The notes beneath the pieces were generated by a model. It was not told the origin of the DNA. It searched no databases and saw only the letters and a program-made list of their open reading frames with translations. Below, in pieces: positions 46,592 through 55,335 of a stretch of 64,000 nucleotides of DNA (position 1 is the stretch's first letter; each line of letters opens with the position of its first letter). This stretch comes from Minisyncoccota bacterium. GTDB taxonomy: Bacteria; Patescibacteriota; Minisyncoccia; Phycocordibacterales; UBA9973. The stretch is from contig JBAZVG010000001.1 of NCBI GenBank assembly GCA_041661005.1, positions 196,917-260,916 on the forward strand. The letters run 5' to 3'. The translations under genes were made by a program, and so were the position numbers.

Positions 46592-47572
46592 TTACTTATA
46601 TATTATTTTCTTAATACACTCTGCTAGTTTTTGAGAATCGTGGCGGATAAATCCTCTCGTCGCTTTCATTTTTTCATCATATTGGGGCTTGAACATTACA
46701 TCAGATAAAAGTTCGGCGTGAATTACTTTGTCATTACTAAGATCATCGTTTACTAGAACTCCTTTTCCTTCTTCTAATTCATATAATTTTGTTTGCTCAG
46801 CGCTTGGTTTTTTATTGTTTACCAAGATGATGTCGACAGATTTTCCTAAATATTTTTCAATATCTTTAACATAATCGCTTACTTTCCAGCCAGAAGTGTG
46901 TTCGAGTTTATTTGTTAGATTCACAGGAAAAATTATCTTCGCTCTACTTTTTGCAATAGCTTCTTTAAAACCACGCACGATAAGGTTCGGTATGACAGAA
47001 CAATAGTAATTGCCGGGACCAAGAATAATCACATCAGCATTGATTATGGCGTCTTTTGCGTGTTTGTTTAAAGAAATATCTTTTTGATAAAACATTTTAT
47101 CTATACCATATTTCTTTACATCAGGATCATTTTGAATATTATCTTCACCTTCTATTATTTTTCCGTTTAAAAGCGACATTGAGAGCTTGGCAGGATCATG
47201 GGTAATGGGCACGACCTTTCCTTTTATTTTTAGAATTTCAGAAGCCACCTCTACTCCTTCGGCAAAATTTCCTGTGACTTTTTCTAAAGCGGCAAGGAAA
47301 ATATTACCAAAACTGTGTCCAGAGAGACCGCCATTTTCAAATCTATAACTCATGAGTTCTCGAACTACGTTGCTATGTTCGGAAAGAGCAACAAGGCACT
47401 GCCTCACGTCTCCAGGAGGTAGAACTCCGAGCTCGTCTCGCAATACTCCGGTCGAACCTCCATCATCTGCCATGGAAACAAGGGCAGTAATAGAAATATT
47501 TTCCAAATTCTTCAGCCCTGACAGAACAGTATAACTTCCAGTACCTCCGCCCACAGTGACTACATTTTTCAT
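46592..47572 (-). CDS. yvcK: YvcK/GlmR (CofD-like) UDP-sugar-binding protein
   Basis: GGGTG, MADDGGSTG.LR, PPGDVRQCL, GHSFGN, RHDS. Confidence 0.9.
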   Translation of the reverse strand: MKNVVTVGGGTGSYTVLSGLKNLENISITALVSMADDGGSTGVLRDELGVLPPGDVRQCLVALSEHSNVVRELMSYRFENGGLSGHSFGNIFLAALEKVTGNFAEGVEVASEILKIKGKVVPITHDPAKLSMSLLNGKIIEGEDNIQNDPDVKKYGIDKMFYQKDISLNKHAKDAIINADVIILGPGNYYCSVIPNLIVRGFKEAIAKSRAKIIFPVNLTNKLEHTSGWKVSDYVKDIEKYLGKSVDIILVNNKKPSAEQTKLYELEEGKGVLVNDDLSNDKVIHAELLSDVMFKPQYDEKMKATRGFIRHDSQKLAECIKKIIYK

Positions 47573-47617
47573 TCTTAAATAATAGCCTAAATTCGTTAAT
47601 TTTGCTATCATTTTGCC

Positions 47618-49459
47618 ATGTGTGGCATTGTTGGATACATAGGAAAAAGAGAAGCGTGGCCGGTCTTAGTCAAAGGATTGGAGCGGTTGGAATACCGTGG
47701 TTATGACTCCGCAGGGATCGCATTATTGGAAAATGGTGTTTTTTCAGTTTTTAAAAAGAAGGGTAGAGTTGTAGAATTGTCTAAATTTGTAAAAAATAGC
47801 CATGAACTTTCAGGTGGAGTTGGCATCGCGCATACACGTTGGGCAACGCATGGTGTGCCATCAGACAAAAATGCTCATCCGCATTTATCAAACGGTGGAG
47901 ATATTGTAATAGTTCACAATGGCATAATTGAAAATTATCTTTCTATAAAAAAAGCATTGACAGAAAAAGGATACAGATTTAAAAGTGATACTGATACAGA
48001 AGTTTTGGCGAACTTAATTGAAGACATTAAAAAAAATGCAAAAGTTGACATAACTGAGGCTGTGCGGTTGGCGTTAGCGCAAGTCGTCGGCGCTTATGCC
48101 ATATTAGTTTTATCGAAAGATGAACCTGATACCATGATTGTCGCAAAAGTAGGTAGTCCGGCTGTTATCGGCGTCGGTAAGGGTGAATTTTTTATTGCTT
48201 CGGACGCTACACCTATTGTCGAACATACAAATAAAGTTATTTATTTAGAAGACGGAGAAATTGCCATAATAAAAAACGGCAAGCTTTTCATTAAAACAGT
48301 TCAAAACAAAATAATCAAAAATCCTTATATTCATAGACTAAAAACTAAGATTGAAGAATTAGAAAAAGGAGGTTTTCCGCATTTTATGTTGAAAGAAATT
48401 TTCGAACAGCCGGAATCTTTGCGTAATACCATACGAGGCAGAATTATTTTAGAAAAAGGTAGCTTTAAATTTGGCGGACTTGAAAAATTTTCAAAAAAAT
48501 TAAAAAATTTAAATAGTTTGACTATAGTGGGGATGGGGACAGCTCGTTTTGCTGGACTTGTCGGTGAATATGCGTTTGAAGAATTGTCTGGAATTCCAAC
48601 AAAAGTGGAATACGGTTCAGAATTTACTTATCGCGATGTTGCCAAACATTCCAATGCTGGACTGTTAGCCATCTCGCAATCAGGAGAAACTGCAGACACA
48701 TTGAATGCCATAAAAAAAGCTAAAAAAGAAAAAATGCTAACTTTGGGAATTGTAAATGTTATCGGTTCAAGTATCGCGCGAGAGGTAGATGCCGGTATTT
48801 ATAATCATGTGGGCGGAGAAACGGCTGTAGCTTCTACTAAAGCATCAACATCGCAAGTTTTGCTTCAGATAATGCTGGCTATTTATCTGGGAAGAATGCG
48901 TGACCTTCCCAAATCCAAAGGTCAGGAAATTATAAAAGAAATACAAAAACTTCCAGAATTAGTCGAGCAAATTTTGAAAAACGCGAATTTGATTAAAAAA
49001 TTGGCGCAAAAATACAAAAAATATAATAATTTCTTTTTTTTGGGACGTAAATATAATGTTGCCACCGCAATGGAGGGAGCCTTAAAAATGAAAGAGTGTT
49101 CTTATATTCACACCGAAGGAACTAATTCAGCAGAACTTAAACACGGTCCTATTTCTCTGATAGATAAAAATTTCCCCTCAGTTGTTATTGTGCCGACTGA
49201 CAGTATGTATGAAAAAAATAAAAGTTCCATACAAGAGATCAAGGCTCGTGGAGGGTTGGTGATAGCTCTCACGACTTTCGGCAATAAAGATCTGGAAAAT
49301 ATCGCCGATGATGTGATCTACATTCCAGAAACTCTTGAAATGTTGACTCCAATTCTAGCTTTTATACCAATGCAACTTTTAGCTTATTATATATCAGTGG
49401 AACGCGGTAACGATGTCGACAAACCGCGCAACCTAGCAAAAAGTGTAACTGTGGAGTAA
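47618..49459 (+). CDS. glmS: Glutamine-fructose-6-phosphate aminotransferase
   Basis: MCGIVG, LEYRGYDSAG, HTRWATHG, SQSGETAD, PRNLAKSVTVE. Confidence 0.98.
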   Translation: MCGIVGYIGKREAWPVLVKGLERLEYRGYDSAGIALLENGVFSVFKKKGRVVELSKFVKNSHELSGGVGIAHTRWATHGVPSDKNAHPHLSNGGDIVIVHNGIIENYLSIKKALTEKGYRFKSDTDTEVLANLIEDIKKNAKVDITEAVRLALAQVVGAYAILVLSKDEPDTMIVAKVGSPAVIGVGKGEFFIASDATPIVEHTNKVIYLEDGEIAIIKNGKLFIKTVQNKIIKNPYIHRLKTKIEELEKGGFPHFMLKEIFEQPESLRNTIRGRIILEKGSFKFGGLEKFSKKLKNLNSLTIVGMGTARFAGLVGEYAFEELSGIPTKVEYGSEFTYRDVAKHSNAGLLAISQSGETADTLNAIKKAKKEKMLTLGIVNVIGSSIAREVDAGIYNHVGGETAVASTKASTSQVLLQIMLAIYLGRMRDLPKSKGQEIIKEIQKLPELVEQILKNANLIKKLAQKYKKYNNFFFLGRKYNVATAMEGALKMKECSYIHTEGTNSAELKHGPISLIDKNFPSVVIVPTDSMYEKNKSSIQEIKARGGLVIALTTFGNKDLENIADDVIYIPETLEMLTPILAFIPMQLLAYYISVERGNDVDKPRNLAKSVTVE

Positions 49460-49482
49460 AATTAATTTTAATATAAAAATTT

Positions 49483-50709
49483 ATGCAAAAAAACACCAAA
49501 AAAATTGAAGGAAAATTTATTAAAGCTTTAACTTTTGATTTACAAAAAGATGGCTGGGACAAAAGCCGTGGCTTTGTCATGCGTGATGTATCGATGCCAG
49601 TTTTAAATGAAAAAAGTAATCCCGAAGATTCAATTTCTGTTATCGTAAAAATACGATACGCAGGTGTCTGTGGTTCTGATAGGGGACTTTGGCATAGGAC
49701 ATCTTTTAAAGATTTAGTTCATAGTTCTCTTGAAAAAGAGGGAAAAACTATGAGGATAACCGGACATGAATTTGTGGGAGAAATTGTAGAAGCTGGCAGT
49801 ATGGTGAAAAATCTTTATTATGATAAAGATCCACAAAATAAAGCAAAAATAGAAGTCGGCGGTCTCGTGTCTGGAGATTCTCATGTCACATGCGGGCGTT
49901 GCTATCAATGCAGGATAGGTGAAGGACATGTTTGTCTAAATGAGTCAATTCTTGGGATTTCCATTGATGGTATTTTTGCGGAGTATGTAAAAATTCCAGC
50001 AAAAAATTTATGGGCAGTGGATGAAAGTCGTCTTCGTACTGAAATTGCATCTATCTATGATCCATTTGGTAATGCCGTCCATGCGACAACAAAGGTAGAT
50101 TTTCGCGGACAACGGGTGGCTATTTTTGGTTGCGGACCTATTGGATTATTTTCGATTTTGCTAGCGCGCAATTTTGGCGCGGCAAAAATTATTGCTGTAG
50201 ATATACTTCCCGAAAATTTAAAAATGGCAAAAGAGCTGGGCGCGCATGAAACTATTCTTATTCCAGAAACTAAAAAAGAAAATAATTGGGAAAGTGATAA
50301 GTCTGTGGTTGATCAAATCATGAAATTAACCTATGGCAAAGGTGTGGATGTGTCCATGGAAATGTCTGGAGCTTTTTCATCAGTAAATAATGCTATCGAT
50401 AGCACTCGTCGCGGGGGTGACGTCATATTTTTTGGAATCAAAGATGGTGATCTGGTAATACCAAAATTTTCCCGTGTTATTGTGCGAGGTTTGACCATGC
50501 ATAACATTATCGGCCGTGAAATCTTTCGCACATGGCAAATAGCGCAACGTATTTTGAATGATAAAAGTAATGGAATTCAAGATGCCATTTGGAATATAAT
50601 TCTAAAAAGTGGGAAGGGAACTATTTTATCGTTTAAAGATTTTACACCTGAAAGTTTTGAAAAAGCAATGAACGAAAATCCAAAAATTATTTTCAAAATT
50701 AACGGCTAA
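49483..50709 (+). CDS. tdh: L-threonine 3-dehydrogenase-like Zn-dependent dehydrogenase
   Basis: GVCGSD, GHEF.G, CGRCYQC..C, DPFGNAVH; linked to kbl. Confidence 0.82.
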   Translation: MQKNTKKIEGKFIKALTFDLQKDGWDKSRGFVMRDVSMPVLNEKSNPEDSISVIVKIRYAGVCGSDRGLWHRTSFKDLVHSSLEKEGKTMRITGHEFVGEIVEAGSMVKNLYYDKDPQNKAKIEVGGLVSGDSHVTCGRCYQCRIGEGHVCLNESILGISIDGIFAEYVKIPAKNLWAVDESRLRTEIASIYDPFGNAVHATTKVDFRGQRVAIFGCGPIGLFSILLARNFGAAKIIAVDILPENLKMAKELGAHETILIPETKKENNWESDKSVVDQIMKLTYGKGVDVSMEMSGAFSSVNNAIDSTRRGGDVIFFGIKDGDLVIPKFSRVIVRGLTMHNIIGREIFRTWQIAQRILNDKSNGIQDAIWNIILKSGKGTILSFKDFTPESFEKAMNENPKIIFKING

Positions 50710-50720
50710 AAAATACCTGT

Positions 50721-50787
50721 CCCGTACTAAATTTTTGAGTAAAACAAATGGTCAATATTAATAACAATTTAAAATTTTAGTACTGGG
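50721..50787. mobile_element. MITE-like IR element ending at a start codon
   Basis: CCCGTACTAAA...TTTAGTACTGGG then ATG at 50788. Confidence 0.6.
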
Positions 50788-51120
50788 ATGGATATAAAAT
50801 CAAATAAAGAAAATAAAAGTTGTGCGATAAAGTTTACAGCCGAAGAAAATTGTAAAATTTTGGGCCGAGCATACCTTTATATTGTGTTCAACGATTTACA
50901 CAAAGAACCTTTTGGATTTATGGAGGACGTCTTTGTGGAGGAAAAAAATCGTGGCAAAGGCATTGGAACAAAACTTGTAAATGAAGTAATAGCCGAAGCA
51001 AAGAAACAAAATTGTTATAAAATTATCTGTACAAGTCGTTATGAAAAACCCGAAGTTCATTCATTATATAAAAAGCTTGGTTTTAAAGATCATGGTAAAG
51101 AATTTAGAATAGATTTATAA
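50788..51120 (+). CDS. GNAT acetyltransferase
   Basis: VFV...RGKGIGTKL, LYKKLGF. Confidence 0.88.
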   Translation: MDIKSNKENKSCAIKFTAEENCKILGRAYLYIVFNDLHKEPFGFMEDVFVEEKNRGKGIGTKLVNEVIAEAKKQNCYKIICTSRYEKPEVHSLYKKLGFKDHGKEFRIDL

Positions 51121-51132
51121 TAGTAAAACTAT

Positions 51133-52356
51133 ATGTATTCAAAAAAATTGATTCAAGATATTGAGAATGAGTTAAAAGCGCTTCAACAGGCCGGTAAATT
51201 TAAAGTTGAAAGGGAATTAGAGGGTGCGCAGGGTCCGGAAGTGGAAATAAATAGTAAGAAAGTTCTAATGTTTGCCTCCAATAATTACTTGGGTTTAGCA
51301 AATCATCCTGAAATAGTTAAAGCGAGCAAAGAAGCGATAGATAAATATGGTTTTGGACTTTCTTCTGTGCGTTTTATTTCTGGTACTGAAACGATACACA
51401 AAATTTTAGAAAAGAAATTGTCAGAATTTTTAGGCACAGAAGACGTCATTCTATATTCTACAAATTTTATGGCAAATTTAGGATTTTTTGCGACTATTAC
51501 CAATGAAGCTTTAGGTAGCACAGAATATATAGACGCTATTTACAGTGATGAACTAAACCATGCTAGCATTATTGATAGCTTCAAGCTTTGTAAAAAAGAA
51601 AATGTTGTGAAAAGAATTTATCCACATGGTGATTTGGTTGCATTAGAAAAAATACTTGAAGAAGATGAAACTAAAAACTACCGATTTAAAATCATTGTTA
51701 CGGATGGAGTTTTTTCGATGGAAGGATATTTAGCGCAACTACCAAAAATTGTGGAGCTTTCAAAGAAATACGAGACATTAGTCTTTGTGGATGATGCGCA
51801 TGCTATAGGGGTGCTCGGTAAAACAGGCGCAGGTACGCCAGAGCATTTCGGTCTTCACGGAAAAATTGATGTCCTCTCTGGAACTTTTGGTAAAGCGCTC
51901 GGTGGAGCAGTCGGTGGATATATCGCGGGTAAAAAAGAAATTATAGAATTACTTCGTCAAAAATCCCGCACTTATCTTTTTTCAAATTCTGTACCTCCAT
52001 CTGTAGTTATCGCTTCTATTAGGGCATTAGATTTATTAAAAGAAAAACCAGAACTTCTAAAAAAAGTTAGAGAAAATTCAGAATATTTTAGAAATGGAGT
52101 CAAGAAAATGGGTTTTAATGTTTTAGAGGGTGATCATCCGATAGTGCCAGTCATGCTCGGTGATGCTGCTAAAACTCAAGAAATGAGTAAAAAACTATTA
52201 GAAAAAGGCCTTTTTGTTGTAGGTCTTTGGTTTCCAGTTGTGCCAGAAGGTACAGCTAGACTGCGTTTTCAGCTTTCCGCCGCGCATACCCGTGAACAGA
52301 TAGATCAAGCGCTAAAAATAATGGGAGAGGTTGGTAAAGAAATGAAAATAGTATAA
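51133..52356 (+). CDS. kbl: 2-amino-3-ketobutyrate CoA ligase (glycine C-acetyltransferase)
   Basis: SNNYLGLA, SVRFISGT, DELNHASIID, DGVFSM, GTFGKALGG, RQKSRTYLFSN. Confidence 0.92.
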   Translation: MYSKKLIQDIENELKALQQAGKFKVERELEGAQGPEVEINSKKVLMFASNNYLGLANHPEIVKASKEAIDKYGFGLSSVRFISGTETIHKILEKKLSEFLGTEDVILYSTNFMANLGFFATITNEALGSTEYIDAIYSDELNHASIIDSFKLCKKENVVKRIYPHGDLVALEKILEEDETKNYRFKIIVTDGVFSMEGYLAQLPKIVELSKKYETLVFVDDAHAIGVLGKTGAGTPEHFGLHGKIDVLSGTFGKALGGAVGGYIAGKKEIIELLRQKSRTYLFSNSVPPSVVIASIRALDLLKEKPELLKKVRENSEYFRNGVKKMGFNVLEGDHPIVPVMLGDAAKTQEMSKKLLEKGLFVVGLWFPVVPEGTARLRFQLSAAHTREQIDQALKIMGEVGKEMKIV

Positions 52357-52365
52357 TATGTCAGT

Positions 52366-55335
52366 ATGATTTCACGGATATATGTGATACCTAAAAACGA
52401 AGCAACCAAGGCAGATTCTTATTTGATTGACTCTAAATTATCTAAAAAAGAACTTGTAAAACTAGCTCAGACACTTACTAATCCTATTTTGGAGGATTAT
52501 TTTATAGACGAATCTCCAAGAGTTGGAAACTTTTCCCATGCAATCGAAATAGGATTTTTACCGGGGGTCACAGATAATGTCGGCCATACAGTCAAAGAAA
52601 TTGCGACAGATATGCTTCATCTAAAAAAGAATTTCAGTTTGGCGGTTTATACCTCCAAGATTTTTTTTATTAATTCACACGGCCTTGAAGACGCCCAGAA
52701 ACACTCTCTTACTTTATACAATCCGCTTATTGAAAGAGCCCTTTTTGTAGAGATAAAATCCGGAAAAATAGATTTGCCAAATAAAATACCTGAAGTTGTT
52801 TTAAGAAAAGGTGTGTCAATTTTACCTGTTTCACTTTCAGTGTCAGATGAAGAACTTATAAAAATAGGGAAAGAAGGAATACTGGACGAGACAAATTTAC
52901 GCAGGGGACCTTTAGCGCTTGATCTATCTTCAATGCAAGCTATTCAAAAATATTTTTCTTCGCTAAAAAGAAACCCGACTGATATAGAGCTCGAATCTCT
53001 AGCTCAAACTTGGTCAGAACATTGCAAGCACACTATTTTTGCAAATGAAATAGATGATATTAAAGATGGCTTGTATAAAACTTACATAAAAGGGGCGACA
53101 AATTTAATAAGAAAACAAAAGACAGAGAGAGGTCAGCAGGATTTTTGTGTTTCTGTTTTTAGTGATAATGCTGGCGGAATAATTTTTGATGAAGATTATT
53201 TAATAACACACAAAGTCGAAACCCATAACAGCCCTTCGGCTCTCGATCCATTTGGTGGAGCAATCACAGGCATAGTAGGGGTGAATCGCGACACAATCGG
53301 CTTTGGATTGGGCGCCAAACCGATAGCCAATACTTATGGATTTTGTTTTGGTAATCCGGAAGATACAAGACCGCTTTTTCGAGATAAAGAGCAGAAACAA
53401 AGAATGCTTTTACCGAAACGCATCATGGAAGGGGTGGTAAAGGGAATAAACGTCGGAGGAAACTGCTCCGGGATTCCGACTCTTTCTGGATTTATCAAAT
53501 TTGACGATAGATATAGGGGGAAACCTTTGGTTTTTGCCGGAACTGTTGGATTAATTCCAAGAAACTTATCTATCCATGGAGGGAAAAAACAACTATCGCA
53601 TGAAAAACAGGCACGAGTAGGGGATTATATAGTTATGGTTGGTGGAAGGGTAGGACTCGATGGAATACATGGAGCCACTTTTTCTTCCGTAACTATGGAT
53701 TCGACTTCTCCTGCGACAGCAGTGCAGATAGGAGATCCGATAACTCAAAAGAAACTTAGCGATAGCATCGTCAAAGAAGCGCGCGATATGAATTTATATA
53801 CTAGCATCACAGATAACGGTGCTGGTGGGCTGTCATGTTCAGTATCCGAGATGGCAAAAGAATGCGGTGGAGCAAAAGTTTTCATAGAAAAAATACCACT
53901 TAAATATCCAGGTCTTCTTCCTTGGGAAATTTGGATTTCTGAATCGCAAGAACGAATGACTTTGTCTGTTCCAAAAAATAAATGGAAAATGTTCCAAAAG
54001 TTGATGGAAAGTCGGGGGGTAGAAGCGATTGTGATTGGAGAATTCACAAATTCTGGAAAAGTTATCGTGCAATATAAAGGAAAAAAAATTATGGATATAG
54101 ATATGGAGTTTTTGCACAACGGATTGCCGAAACATTATTTAAACACTACTCCAGTGATAATCAAAAATCTTGAGCCTGCATTACCTAAAGGTCTATCACG
54201 CACAAAGGTTCTAGAAAAATTGTTAGGTGAAAAAAATATCAGCGGATTTGCTTTCATTTCCGAGCAGTATGACCACGAGGTGCAAGCATCTTCCGTGTTA
54301 AAACCGTTGTCCGGGAGGGGACGTATTAATACCGACAGTCAAATTTTTCGTCCGGTTTTGAATTCAAACAAAGGAGTTGTGTTGTCATCCTCAAGCTATC
54401 CTTCATACGGAGACATAAGCTCTTATGACATGGCATCTTGCGCGCTCGATACTGCAATTCGAAACATAATTGCATCAGGTGGTACGCTTTCACACCTTGC
54501 GATACTAGATAATTTCTGCTGGTGCTCATCAAATGATCCGAAACGGCTATACCAGCTTGTAGAGGCTGTAAAGGCTTGTCATGACACAGCTATCGGCTAC
54601 GGGACGCCGTTTATCTCTGGTAAAGACAGTATGTTCAATGATTTTAAAGGATATGATGAAAAAGGTAATCCTGTTTCTATCTCCATCCCGCCAACCCTTT
54701 TGATTTCTGCGATTAGTGTAATGCCTGATTTATATAAAACAGTTTCACCAGAATTTAAAAATAGTGGGGATATAATTTATTTACTGGGAGAAACGCATGA
54801 TGAATTAGGCGCAAGCGAATATTATAAACTTTTGGTAAAACAAGAGGGGAATAATGCAACCCACCTAGACCCGCTTCGATGCGAGGCGAGCTCGGCGAGG
54901 CTGGTAGGCAATAGTGTGCCAAAAGTTAATTTAGAAAAAAATCTAAAAACTTATTTAGCGTTAGAGAAGGCTATTCAAAAAGAACTGTTAGCTTCTTCGC
55001 TTTCTGTAACTTCCGGAGGCTTTGGAATCGCCTTAACTAAAGCATCTATTGGTGGAATGCTCGGATGTGAAATAAACATCAAAAACATGCTGGGGGGCTC
55101 AAATTTGGCCGATGTGAAGCTTTTTTCTGAAAGCCAGGGTAGGATATTGGTTTCTGTATCTCCTAAAAACACAAAGCAGTTTGAAAGAATAATGCAGGAA
55201 ATTCCTTGTGCTAAACTTGGAAAAGTAACAAAAAATGATAAGTTTGTAATTTTAGATGGTAAAGATAAAATTGTCGAAACAAATATTAAAAAATTGCACG
55301 CCATTTATCATAAATTTTCGAATTCACAACAATGA
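52366..55335 (+). CDS. purL: FGAM synthetase PurL with PurS-like N-terminal extension
   Basis: PGVTDNVG, QTWSEHCKH, KVETHNSPS, DNGAGG, ISESQERM, SGKDS. Confidence 0.95.
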   Translation: MISRIYVIPKNEATKADSYLIDSKLSKKELVKLAQTLTNPILEDYFIDESPRVGNFSHAIEIGFLPGVTDNVGHTVKEIATDMLHLKKNFSLAVYTSKIFFINSHGLEDAQKHSLTLYNPLIERALFVEIKSGKIDLPNKIPEVVLRKGVSILPVSLSVSDEELIKIGKEGILDETNLRRGPLALDLSSMQAIQKYFSSLKRNPTDIELESLAQTWSEHCKHTIFANEIDDIKDGLYKTYIKGATNLIRKQKTERGQQDFCVSVFSDNAGGIIFDEDYLITHKVETHNSPSALDPFGGAITGIVGVNRDTIGFGLGAKPIANTYGFCFGNPEDTRPLFRDKEQKQRMLLPKRIMEGVVKGINVGGNCSGIPTLSGFIKFDDRYRGKPLVFAGTVGLIPRNLSIHGGKKQLSHEKQARVGDYIVMVGGRVGLDGIHGATFSSVTMDSTSPATAVQIGDPITQKKLSDSIVKEARDMNLYTSITDNGAGGLSCSVSEMAKECGGAKVFIEKIPLKYPGLLPWEIWISESQERMTLSVPKNKWKMFQKLMESRGVEAIVIGEFTNSGKVIVQYKGKKIMDIDMEFLHNGLPKHYLNTTPVIIKNLEPALPKGLSRTKVLEKLLGEKNISGFAFISEQYDHEVQASSVLKPLSGRGRINTDSQIFRPVLNSNKGVVLSSSSYPSYGDISSYDMASCALDTAIRNIIASGGTLSHLAILDNFCWCSSNDPKRLYQLVEAVKACHDTAIGYGTPFISGKDSMFNDFKGYDEKGNPVSISIPPTLLISAISVMPDLYKTVSPEFKNSGDIIYLLGETHDELGASEYYKLLVKQEGNNATHLDPLRCEASSARLVGNSVPKVNLEKNLKTYLALEKAIQKELLASSLSVTSGGFGIALTKASIGGMLGCEINIKNMLGGSNLADVKLFSESQGRILVSVSPKNTKQFERIMQEIPCAKLGKVTKNDKFVILDGKDKIVETNIKKLHAIYHKFSNSQQ
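54860..54904. repeat. 45-bp CCC(A)CCTAGAC element, in-frame in purL
   Basis: CCCACCTAGACCCGCTTCGATGCGAGGCGAGCTCGGCGAGGCTGG. Confidence 0.94.

Noticed and set aside
47573-47617. glmS ribozyme upstream of glmS
   Set aside because: Only 45 bp intergenic and no matching core.
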